Origin: an uncultured virus (IMG/VR IMGVR_UViG_3300047661_000097)
Taxonomy: Duplodnaviria; Heunggongvirae; Uroviricota; Caudoviricetes
Reading direction: 5' to 3' (one strand)
Length of the DNA stretch: 20,000 nt
Virus record (IMG/VR): IMGVR_UViG_3300047661_000097
Positions 8,820 through 16,688 of this stretch are shown here, one piece after another (the stretch's first letter is position 1; the number at the start of each line of letters is the position of its first letter). Both the position numbers and the translations under genes were made by a program. The notes below the pieces were generated by a model. That model saw nothing but the letters and a program-made list of their open reading frames with translations. It was not told the DNA's origin and ran no database searches.

Positions 8820-9350
8820 TTACTTTTTCTTTTTCCGCTTCAGCGTTGCTGCTGCCCGCATCGCAAACAGATCCCATTGGTGCGGTATGCTCATCAACCA
8901 TCCAGACATACTTGGGTTCAACTGGCCGGAATTTACCGTCCCTGCATCCGATCCAGTCAGCATCTCGCCAGAAGCCGTTAAGCGGACCGGGCCGCTGGGA
9001 CACTCCGGAATTGTCCGCGCCATCTGATCCAATCCCATTTCGTCGATCCGGTTGCCCGACCGCGAACGAAAGCTGTCTACCGCTGGTGTCGGCCAGCCCG
9101 CTAGCAGTTTCACTTGGTTCTGTAGCTGTTCGCCCTTTTTGCCGCCGCCACGCTCCGCAAAACTTTTCTGGTTGGCTGTCCGGTAATCCCGTTCGGCCGG
9201 TGTCGCCCACGCCGCCAAGTTCGCTTGGCTGTGCAGTGTATCCGGCTTGCCCCGGTGCGCTCCCGCGCATTCCGAGTCTTCCGCTTTCGGCGTCGGCCAC
9301 GAAGTAAAGTCGCTGCCGGATGTGTGGCGCGCCGACGCTGCACGCTCCAA
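8820..9350 (-). CDS. C5 MTase small (beta) chain in an alternate frame, M.EcoHK31I-like
   Basis: Repeated WPTP/WATP segments and GQLNPSMSGWLMSIP (motif IX-like), which is missing from the alpha frame. Confidence 0.7.
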   Translation of the reverse strand: MERAASARHTSGSDFTSWPTPKAEDSECAGAHRGKPDTLHSQANLAAWATPAERDYRTANQKSFAERGGGKKGEQLQNQVKLLAGWPTPAVDSFRSRSGNRIDEMGLDQMARTIPECPSGPVRLTASGEMLTGSDAGTVNSGQLNPSMSGWLMSIPHQWDLFAMRAAATLKRKKKK

Positions 9351-9817
9351 ATACGAATCTTCCCAACGGCGTACGCTTCCGCTTCCAAGTCAGATTGAAC
9401 AAGGTCGAGCCAGCCGTATCCAATCGCCGCACGCACTTGCTCTCCAAAAATGACTGCAGGGTGGCACTGGCGGATGAGTCGCATCCAATCAGGCCAGAGG
9501 TGACGAGAGTCTGCAAACCCTTGTCCTTTGCCCGCGGCGGAAAAACTTGGGCATGGGCAACTTCCTGTCCACACTGGCCGTTCGTCTGGCCATCCGGCTT
9601 GTCGCAGCGCGAGTGACCAAAATCCGCCTCCAGCGAAGAAATGCGCTTGGGTATATCCCACAAGGTCTGCTGCTCGTACTTCGGTGATACTTCTGGCATC
9701 GACATCTCCAGCCGCAATGGCACCAGCTTTAATAGCTTCTCGAATAATTTCGGCCTTAAGCGGGTCGCATTCGTTGTAATAGGCAGACACAACAATCCAA
9801 TGCTTCAATTGGCAGGG

Positions 9818-10045
9818 TTAATATACTTGGCGCTCGTCGGCGCGTTCTTTCAGCCATCTTTGTACGTCGGCTGTTAGCCACCCAATCGCATGGGTGCCTA
9901 GTTTGACGGGCTGCGGAAAGAGGCCCTCCCGCTTTCGCGTGTCGATCGTGGCGGTACAAACGCCCAGCATCTCGGCTAACTGATTTTTACGCAGTATAAA
10001 GGGAAGGCGAGCTTGTAAGATGGACTTTTTCTTTTTGCGAGCCAT
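9818..10045 (-). CDS. alpA: AlpA-family HTH regulator/excisionase
   Basis: LRKNQLAEMLGVCTATID...GLFPQPVKLGTHAIGW..ADVQRW. Confidence 0.9.
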   Translation of the reverse strand: MARKKKKSILQARLPFILRKNQLAEMLGVCTATIDTRKREGLFPQPVKLGTHAIGWLTADVQRWLKERADERQVY

Positions 10046-10149
10046 GGATTAACCCCACAGCCATTATCGTTAGTTCTATTTTTTTTGCAAGATAGGTTGG
10101 CGGTGCAAATCCGGATGACCCTCTAACTTATAAACGTCTTTATTTGTCT

Positions 10150-10206
10150 AAGTCTTAAATGATCTTAAAAGTCAAAGAGAATTAGTCTTAAATGAACTGA
10201 AAAGTC
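10150..10206. promoter_or_regulatory. Two ~24-bp direct repeats upstream of alpA, probable AlpA/RDF binding sites
   Basis: AAGTCTTAAATGATCTTAAAAGTC (10150) and TAGTCTTAAATGAACTGAAAAGTC (10183), 33-bp period. Confidence 0.55.
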
Positions 10207-10216
10207 TACTCACTTA

Positions 10217-10261
10217 GGCGGCTGCGGAGGGGGGTTATCCACAGCTATTTCCACAGCCGCC
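10217..10261 (-). terminator. Stem-loop just downstream of the integrase
   Basis: GGCGGCTGCGGA...TCCACAGCCGCC 12-bp inverted repeat with one mismatch; no good U-tract. Confidence 0.45.
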
Positions 10262-10269
10262 CTTGTGCT

Positions 10270-11505
10270 TTATGCGACGATCTTCAATCTATGATCGCCT
10301 TGCTCTCTCAACTCATCTAGGGTATCAGCCCACTGCTGCATCATAGCCGTCCTATCTTCTAAATACAAGGCAAAGTTATAAGCCGCAGAAACCTTATCTT
10401 GCTTAACATGCGCCAGCTGCAATTCGATCTGTTCATGGTCAAAACCATGCTCGTGCAACCATGTCGACGCGATCGAGCGCCAGCCGTGGCCGGTCATGCG
10501 CCCCTTATACCCCATACAGTAGAGCGCATTCAAAACCGTGCTGTGGCACAGCGTTCCATTACCATGATGAGAGGCTTCAGGAAAAAGTCGGCCACTCTCG
10601 CCTGTTAGTTCATAAAGGCGCTTCAGCAACGCAACGGTCTGTGTAGCCAGCGGCACAATATGCGGCCGATTCATCTTCATGCGTTCGGGCGGAATGCGCC
10701 ATTGCTTTTGTTCCCAATCAATCTCCGACCAAAGGCCGCCGATTAATTCGCTTGTACGCACAAAGGTTAGGCTCAGTAGTTCCATGGCAATCCGCGTCAG
10801 CGCGTTGCCGTTGTAATCCCGCATATCGCAAAGCAATGCGGGAATCTCGGCAATCGGCAAATGCGCAAAGTGCTTCACCGTAGCTTTGCTTAAAATGCGA
10901 TCCGGCCGAATGCCGGCGGCGGGGTTCATTGGGATCAATCCGCGGTCGCAACCAAACTCATAAATTTGATTAATCGTTTGCAGCATACGACGGGCAACAT
11001 CGCGCGCGCCGTGCGCATCAATAGATTGGATTAATGCCACCAGTTCGATGCGGCTAATTTTCATCGGCGGCTTTTTACCAATAACCCCTAATACGTAGTT
11101 CATAAGCCGCGCTTCCATTTGCGTTGCATAACGAGGTGCCCTGTTGGCGTTCCACCAGTCAAGCCATTGCCGCGCCAGCCACTCAAACGTAAATAATGCC
11201 GTTTTTTTCTCTTCTACCAGTTTTATTTTCTGCTGTTCCTTTGTCTCTTTCCGCACGGCCATGGGATCAGTACCTTGCGCTAAAAGCAAACGAACATCTG
11301 CATGCCGCTTTCTTGCTTCCAACAGCGAAACGTCAGGGAATTTCCCTAAAGCCATCTGTTTCTGTTTGCCGTCAAACCAATACTTCCAACGCCACAGTTT
11401 GCCGCCGGCGGGCATTACTAGCAGATGCAAGCCCTGGCGATCAGGAATACGATACGGTTTCGTACGTGGCTTTGCTTTTTCGCATTTTAAATTTGTAAGT
11501 TCCAT
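10270..11505 (-). CDS. int: P4-like (IntA/IntS family) tyrosine integrase
   Basis: N-terminal arm-binding domain; catalytic R (FVRTSE), K, HGWR, LAH and Y (AAYNF) intact. Confidence 0.95.
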   Translation of the reverse strand: MELTNLKCEKAKPRTKPYRIPDRQGLHLLVMPAGGKLWRWKYWFDGKQKQMALGKFPDVSLLEARKRHADVRLLLAQGTDPMAVRKETKEQQKIKLVEEKKTALFTFEWLARQWLDWWNANRAPRYATQMEARLMNYVLGVIGKKPPMKISRIELVALIQSIDAHGARDVARRMLQTINQIYEFGCDRGLIPMNPAAGIRPDRILSKATVKHFAHLPIAEIPALLCDMRDYNGNALTRIAMELLSLTFVRTSELIGGLWSEIDWEQKQWRIPPERMKMNRPHIVPLATQTVALLKRLYELTGESGRLFPEASHHGNGTLCHSTVLNALYCMGYKGRMTGHGWRSIASTWLHEHGFDHEQIELQLAHVKQDKVSAAYNFALYLEDRTAMMQQWADTLDELREQGDHRLKIVA

Positions 11506-11523
11506 TCTCCATTTCTCCTCGGT

Positions 11524-12051
11524 TTAAGTGCTGCGTAAATTTGATGGTTTGCCAAACTCGTAAATTCGTTGAATCATCTGCAAATCCAGTTGGTCAGCTG
11601 AATTCGCTAAAAGCGGAGAATCCGTTGTGCTATTAAAGATTTCTGGAAAGCGCAAAGCAATTTCATTAAGCCACCACGCAAACCAGAGTTTTGCGCATCT
11701 GCTAAATAATTGCTTTCGCACCTGCGTGGCATTCTGTTGTAGCGCTATTGTTTTTCGTTGTAGCGCCGTCGTCTTTCGTTGTCGCTTTATTTGCTTCCGC
11801 GTTGCCATCGGATCGGTTCCGGCAGCAAGTTCCGCACGTGCTTTTGCATGCAGCGCTCGGGCCTGTAGTAATGAAACCTTAGGGTATTTTCCGAACGCCA
11901 TTTGTTTTTGCTTGCCGTCAAACCAATACTTCCAGCGCCACAATCTGCTGCCACGTGGAGTAACCAGTAAATGCAGACCGTTCCCATCAGACAGACGGTA
12001 AGGTCGCGCCGCTGGGCAAGCATTTTCGCATTTCAGATCAGTTAATTTCAT
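11524..12051 (-). CDS. Integrase arm-DNA-binding domain protein lacking the catalytic domain
   Basis: First ~85 aa closely parallel the integrase N-terminus (LWRWKYWFDGKQKQMA identical); no catalytic motifs. Confidence 0.85.
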   Translation of the reverse strand: MKLTDLKCENACPAARPYRLSDGNGLHLLVTPRGSRLWRWKYWFDGKQKQMAFGKYPKVSLLQARALHAKARAELAAGTDPMATRKQIKRQRKTTALQRKTIALQQNATQVRKQLFSRCAKLWFAWWLNEIALRFPEIFNSTTDSPLLANSADQLDLQMIQRIYEFGKPSNLRST

Positions 12052-12075
12052 TTCTTTTCAATTTGTGTTCTGCAG

Positions 12076-13166
12076 GTTGCATCTGTCCGATGCACTGCTA
12101 CTTTGTTGCTACTCCATTGCTTGCCGTTAACAATTGCTGTAAAGAGTTGCATCTGTCCGATGCACTACATGCTCGTCGCAACAACCAGCCGTATGTTTCT
12201 TCGTCGATGTTAGTTTGTTGCATCTGTTCGATGCACTCAAAATCTGTTGTTACCCCTCCAGATTCCAATTGCCTGATCCTCTGCTGTTGCATCTATCCGA
12301 TGCACTACAAACTTTGTTACTAATCGCCGCCCTGGCACTGGGCGTGTAAGCGGAGTTGTTGCATCTGCTCGATGCACTCAAAATCTGTGGCTACTTTGAT
12401 CGCCTAAACTCATGACTCACACTACCGAGTTGCATCTGTCCGATGCACTACAACTTCTTTGCTGCCCTGCGGTATGCGACTATTCGCTGAGCACTTCGAT
12501 TGTTGCATCTATTCGATGCACTACAGCTCCATTGCTACCCCATTGCTTGCGGTTGTCGCTTGCCGTTGCCAATAGTTGCATCTGTCCGATGCACTACAAC
12601 TTCTTTGCAACGACAACTGTTGTTGTTCACAACGTGGACACTGGTGTGTTGCATCTGTTCGATGCACTACAACTTCGTTGCAACTTGCGTTGGGAGTAGT
12701 CAATTCCTGCATAGTCCAAGTTGCATCTGTCCGATGCACTACAAATTCGTTGCAACGACTAACTGCGGAAAACGCGTCATGAGGCGTAGTTGCATCTGCT
12801 CGATGCACTGCACGCTCGTCGCAACTGCAAGGGACCGGGGCTACTTGCCCAGGTTGACACGTTGCATCTGTTCGATGCACTGCAAATTCGTTGCTGCAGC
12901 GGCCTATCATAGGAGGACGTTGCATCTATTCGATGCACAACAACTTCGCTGCAACGCTTCACATCGCCGAATACGTTTATGCCGGACGGTTGCATCTATT
13001 CGATGCACTACAACTTCGTTGCAGCGAATTCAACAAATTGTTCGCACTGGAGAAACTCGGTTGCATCTATTCGATGCACTGTACGTTTGTCGCAACGCCA
13101 GCAGCCATGTATATTTTTGCAGCTGATCAGTTACATCTGTTCGATGTACTGCACGATTTGGCAAAG
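12076..13166. CRISPR. CRISPR-like array 1: 16 degenerate 37-bp repeats, 15 spacers (32-36 bp, one of 21 bp)
   Basis: Repeats start at 12076, 12146, 12217, 12286, 12358, 12429, 12502, 12575, 12648, 12720, 12789, 12861, 12919, 12989, 13060, 13130; consensus GTTGCATCTRYYCGATGCACTACAACTTCGTTGCWAC. Confidence 0.93.
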
Positions 13167-13211
13167 AACGTTGAGGCATTGCGGCCGCCCCATGCCCGTA
13201 TGGACACTTTT

Positions 13212-13242
13212 ATTATACCTAAAAAATGCCCCAAAAAAACAA
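13212..13242 (-). promoter_or_regulatory. Possible sigma70 promoter reading into array 1 and the integrase genes
   Basis: Perfect TATAAT on the minus strand at 13212-13217; weak TTGTTT -35 with 19-bp spacing. Confidence 0.45.
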
Positions 13243-13560
13243 TTTGTTTGTTGCATTCCGAAAAAGCCATGGGAAAAATGTGTCACAAATATAGCACCAA
13301 AATTGCCCCCCTTGTAGAAAAATGTCTTTACGTCTCCAGGTCGAGGTTGAACAGGTAAAAGGGGGGCATATTTCCATTAAGTCCTTTATTTGTAATGAAA
13401 GAAAGGCATGGAATTGGTCGAGAAAGGTCAAGAAAAGTTTTGAATTGGAGTGGGTGAAAACATGGAATTGGCTCCTGAACGAGGATAGATTTCATTTTTG
13501 TTTTCAATAGCTTACAACGACAAAAATCAAATATAGCACCAAATATGGCACCAAAGACAC
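13220..13560. other. Probable attP region
   Basis: AT-rich; direct repeats AAATATRGCACCAAA at 13287, 13529, 13541 (arm-type-like); IHF-like TTTCAATAGCTTA near 13502; upstream of int. Confidence 0.55.
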
Positions 13561-13589
13561 AAATGGCCGATCAATGGTTCGATCGGCCA
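13553..13589 (-). terminator. Intrinsic terminator downstream of array 2 on the minus strand
   Basis: TGGCCGATC-N8-GATCGGCCA (13564-13589) followed on the minus strand by TTTGTGTCTTT. Confidence 0.6.
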
Positions 13590-13613
13590 CAAAATCTAAC
13601 TACTTGCTGCAGT

Positions 13614-14042
13614 GTTGCATCTGTACGATGCACTCTCGGGACGTTCAACGTAGTTGCATCTGCTCGATGCACTCTTGCAGTTTTCCGAGGTTGCATCTGC
13701 TCGATGCACTTCATGCTCGTCACAACGGTCGATACAGGCGGCTTTGTTGCAGACATGCGCCAAGTTGCATCTGTGCGGTGCACTCTCGGGCCGTTGCCAA
13801 TAGTTGCATCTGTCCGATGCACTCAAAGCCCGTCGCTACTTCAAAGACGTCTGTTGCAATTGAGTCGTCCTCGTTGCACCTGCTCGATGCACTGCACGCT
13901 CGTTGCAACGGCGCTTATCGTTACTAAAGCGGAGAAATGATCTGCGTTGCATCTGTTTGATGCACTAAAAACTCGTTGCTACACGAAGGATTTGTCCGAT
14001 TAACAGCAAGTGCTCTGTGTTGCATCTGCTCGATGCACTGCA
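13614..14042. CRISPR. CRISPR-like array 2: 8 repeats of the same family, three collapsed units
   Basis: Repeats at 13614, 13653, 13690, 13764, 13803, 13873, 13946, 14019 (last truncated). Confidence 0.88.
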
Positions 14043-14112
14043 TTGCGCTTTCTTCTTAATCACAAAAATAAATTTAGAAAAAAGCGCAACACACTGGTTG
14101 TCTTTACAACGA

Positions 14113-14439
14113 TCAATTAGGCTCGACATTCCCAAACTGCTCTTGCGGGATGACCGATGCCAAATCTTCATCATTTAAATTATCTGCTGGCAAAACAGAC
14201 ACATCTTTTGGCTTAGGAACAATCATCTTGTGTTCAAGCGTTTTTACGTAGGCTTCCAAATCCGACATACGAAACTTGTGCATGTACTTGCCAGTGTCTC
14301 CCATCGGGAAGGCGATCGAGGGCAAGATTCCGCGGCGCGCCATACGACGAATGGTCAGGGGAGCAAATCCAAGGTACTCAGCCGCCTCAACTGCACCAAC
14401 TAGCGGCTCCAGTTGCCGAGCAGTACTAATAACTTCCAT
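14113..14439 (-). CDS. HTH_17/MerR-like excisionase-type DNA-binding protein
   Basis: EAAEYLGFAPLTIRRMARRGILP...FRMSDLEAY; AGGAGG SD. Confidence 0.85.
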   Translation of the reverse strand: MEVISTARQLEPLVGAVEAAEYLGFAPLTIRRMARRGILPSIAFPMGDTGKYMHKFRMSDLEAYVKTLEHKMIVPKPKDVSVLPADNLNDEDLASVIPQEQFGNVEPN

Positions 14440-14544
14440 GGCAACCTCCTGTTGCCTTCTTAGCCCGTAATAGCCTTTTAAGAAGAAACTTACTTAATCT
14501 ATCCCTTTTTGAACCGTTTTTCAACAATTTATTAAGGTGAGCCT

Positions 14545-14700
14545 GTGGAAAAGAGGAAAAAGACGCTTCCCCCATACACTACAATGCCGAGCTGGCATCC
14601 GAGGAAGAGCCAGCCCGGCACCGCTATTCGGCACCGATTCACAGCGGTAGGGGTCAATTTACCGCCGGCAGCCGAAACAACGCGCCCGTAGGAACGCGCT
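14545..14700 (-). ncRNA. Candidate structured non-coding RNA
   Basis: GC-rich intergenic stretch with nested stems: 14585-14620, 14627-14676 enclosing 14644-14665, and 14679-14700. Confidence 0.4.
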
Positions 14701-14752
14701 AGCTTCATTGAAGAGAGATTCTTGTTCAAAGTCAACACCCTTTTTGAATTAA

Positions 14753-15439
14753 TCAGGCACGGAAATGAACCTTTTCAATCCTGTGCACCACAACCCCTGG
14801 AATCGAAAATCCTTCGCGATCAGCATCCGCCCGCTTATCCAGGTAACGCTGATTCGGAAGCAAAGCGATTATCGGCGCTTCGCTGGTATCGACTGCATGC
14901 ACCAACTCGGGAAAGTCAACCACTTCCGCATGAAAGCGCATACGATCCACCTTGCCACGCGTTTTCGCTGGTATAGTGCTCTGCATAATGGCAGGCACCG
15001 GCATCTCCCCTTCCGCATTTGCTGGTATAGCCGTCAGCATCGTCCGCATATGTTGCGCATCGGCTTCCGCATGTAGGCGCTCAAACTCCTGAATTGCAGA
15101 TGCCAACGCATCCTTGCTAGCGCTTACCGCATCTGCATCCGCATGCTCCATATCCAAAATCGGCTGCTTGAGATGGTCGATCGCTTGCTTGATCGGTTTA
15201 TAAAACTCAGTGATGCTTTTTGCCAACACTTGCAGCAGTCTTCCGGCTTCAATTGCCTTTTCACGGTCTTCGATACTAGCGATACCAGCGGTTACTATCC
15301 CAGAAGAAAGATGTAGTACCGTTTGCACCTCGTGACGCAACGCCGCCTGCTGAACATCAAAGTCCGTTGGCATCAGCAACTCAGGCTGCGCTACCGTTAA
15401 TTGCAGATCCGTAGGCTCAGGATCAAAATCGATTTCCAT
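14753..15439 (-). CDS. Hypothetical coiled-coil phage protein of the recombination module
   Basis: AGGAG SD; helical middle; C-terminal IPGV motif common in such phage proteins. Confidence 0.75.
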   Translation of the reverse strand: MEIDFDPEPTDLQLTVAQPELLMPTDFDVQQAALRHEVQTVLHLSSGIVTAGIASIEDREKAIEAGRLLQVLAKSITEFYKPIKQAIDHLKQPILDMEHADADAVSASKDALASAIQEFERLHAEADAQHMRTMLTAIPANAEGEMPVPAIMQSTIPAKTRGKVDRMRFHAEVVDFPELVHAVDTSEAPIIALLPNQRYLDKRADADREGFSIPGVVVHRIEKVHFRA

Positions 15440-15450
15440 TCCGCGTCTCC

Positions 15451-16110
15451 TTATGCCGCCAACTTGTAGCCGTGATTCATTTTCCAGATCGCCGAGTACG
15501 CCATGTACAAAAAAGTCTTTTCATCTTGAGAATCGTCGTAATAGATCGGTTTGACTCGGCCGTCCTTTTGAAGATGCAAAACTACGCGCAAGTACCGCGC
15601 CACGCTTTCCGTCGCTTTTGCCGCCAAAGCATAAGCCGCCGTCTGAAGCGCCCACGTCGGGCTCTCTTTTACGGCCGTTTTGAGATCAATAATGACGTTA
15701 CGGCGCATTCCCTGATATTCGATTGAACCTCGCTGGTCATACTGATAGCCAATCTTCATACCGAAAATTTCAAGAATCCCTTGCTGCTCGCAGGCACTCA
15801 ATTGAAATTTCATGTTGCGAAACCACAGCTCCGCGCCAACGACGTAGCCCATGGCGGCATCGTCTACCGTATTCCAATCCAAATTATCTTGAAGAAGTAG
15901 TTCTATGGCTTTATGTACGGCGATGCCAATTTCCGATTTATGATTCAATACATTGGGATCGACATCGCCGTAATCTACAAGGCCCAATATCTGAAAAATT
16001 TGCGTAACGCTGAGTATTTGATTCCCTAGTGCGTCACGGTAAACATGTCCAACAGGCTCAAACCATCCGCCAGGAATGCTAATCCTATTCGGTATCGGCC
16101 TTGGATTCAT
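15451..16110 (-). CDS. PD-(D/E)XK nuclease, phage exonuclease-like
   Basis: SVTQI, GIAVH, IIDLKT and LQTAAY motifs. Confidence 0.85.
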   Translation of the reverse strand: MNPRPIPNRISIPGGWFEPVGHVYRDALGNQILSVTQIFQILGLVDYGDVDPNVLNHKSEIGIAVHKAIELLLQDNLDWNTVDDAAMGYVVGAELWFRNMKFQLSACEQQGILEIFGMKIGYQYDQRGSIEYQGMRRNVIIDLKTAVKESPTWALQTAAYALAAKATESVARYLRVVLHLQKDGRVKPIYYDDSQDEKTFLYMAYSAIWKMNHGYKLAA

Positions 16111-16396
16111 CCTTTTTCTTCCTCGGAGAAGGAGTCCGCGGTTTGCCCTTAAAAACGTAAATAGTCCTGCCGTTTTTTGGGTAATGAACGCGCAAATCCA
16201 AATGATGGTTTTGGCTGTAATTGCGGATCACACGAGCCGCTTTATTCGCCAATATCCCAGTTTCATAATCCTCGGCAACAACAAGAGGCATTTTATCGTT
16301 GCCCAAAGACGTATTTCCGGCAGCTTCCACAATTTTCAAATACGGCTCGATCGGTGTCCGTTTCGGAAAGGCCGCACTATATTCCATTGTGCGCAT
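16085..16396 (-). CDS. Hypothetical protein
   Basis: GAGGAG SD; operon context. Confidence 0.65.
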   Translation of the reverse strand: MRTMEYSAAFPKRTPIEPYLKIVEAAGNTSLGNDKMPLVVAEDYETGILANKAARVIRNYSQNHHLDLRVHYPKNGRTIYVFKGKPRTPSPRKKKDESKADTE

Positions 16397-16439
16397 AATT
16401 CTTCTCCTCGGCAGGTTATACCCGCGAGGAAATAATAAA

Positions 16440-16688
16440 TCAATTCATGCGCAATCCGACACCATATTTTTTTTCGAGCTGTCGTAAATATTTTCCTACA
16501 CTCTCCGCTTCACGCATTTCTGCATAAACAAAGGGTGGAATGCCATCCCACCGGTAGCGAGATCCGTCCGTATACTTCACTTCCATTACCAAAGTATCGC
16601 GGTCATAGCCTGTTGCCGCCACGTGGCCGCTGTGCTCGACCGACTCTAAGGCAATAGCAATATTTCGTAAAGGGTCATTGTCACTCAA
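16440..16688 (-). CDS. KTSC domain protein
   Basis: VEHSGHVAATGYD...MEVKYTDGSRYRWDGIP...AESVGKY. Confidence 0.85.
   Translation of the reverse strand: MSDNDPLRNIAIALESVEHSGHVAATGYDRDTLVMEVKYTDGSRYRWDGIPPFVYAEMREAESVGKYLRQLEKKYGVGLRMN

Larger units (their letters stand above)
8164..9808 (-). pseudogene. dcm: C5-cytosine DNA methyltransferase, large (alpha) chain, split by a 1-nt frameshift near 9356
   Basis: FFAGGG (I), GSCPC (IV) and GEQV (VI) in ORF 9110-9808; PHIRQRLYFV (VIII) and RLRLYGDAI (X) in ORF 8164-9795; likely start GTG 9790. Confidence 0.85.

Noticed and set aside
10235..10255. DnaA box TTATCCACA plus a degenerate copy
   Set aside because: Only one perfect box, inside the post-int stem-loop; too little for an origin
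12076..13166. Type VI-B assignment from the GTTGCATCTG start and GTTG...CAAC ends; self-targeting spacers
   Set aside because: The terminal stem needed by Cas13b is the poorly conserved part here; no long spacer match within the window was noticed (not an exhaustive search)
12063..14000. Many ORFs over arrays 1 and 2 (also 19273-19805 over array 3)
   Set aside because: Translations are just the repeat in different frames (LHLFDAL, CICSMH, VASVRCT)
14532..14738. 68-aa minus-strand ORF
   Set aside because: Weak start and no motif; the region is better explained as structured RNA
13167..14752. tracrRNA anti-repeat in intergenic regions
   Set aside because: No extended complement to the repeat seen by eye; GTTGCATC hits at ~5235 and ~17358 are short and inside CDSs
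15451..16110. PD-(D/E)XK nuclease as Cas4
   Set aside because: Lacks the four Fe-S cysteines and sits in a standard ERF/exonuclease recombination module
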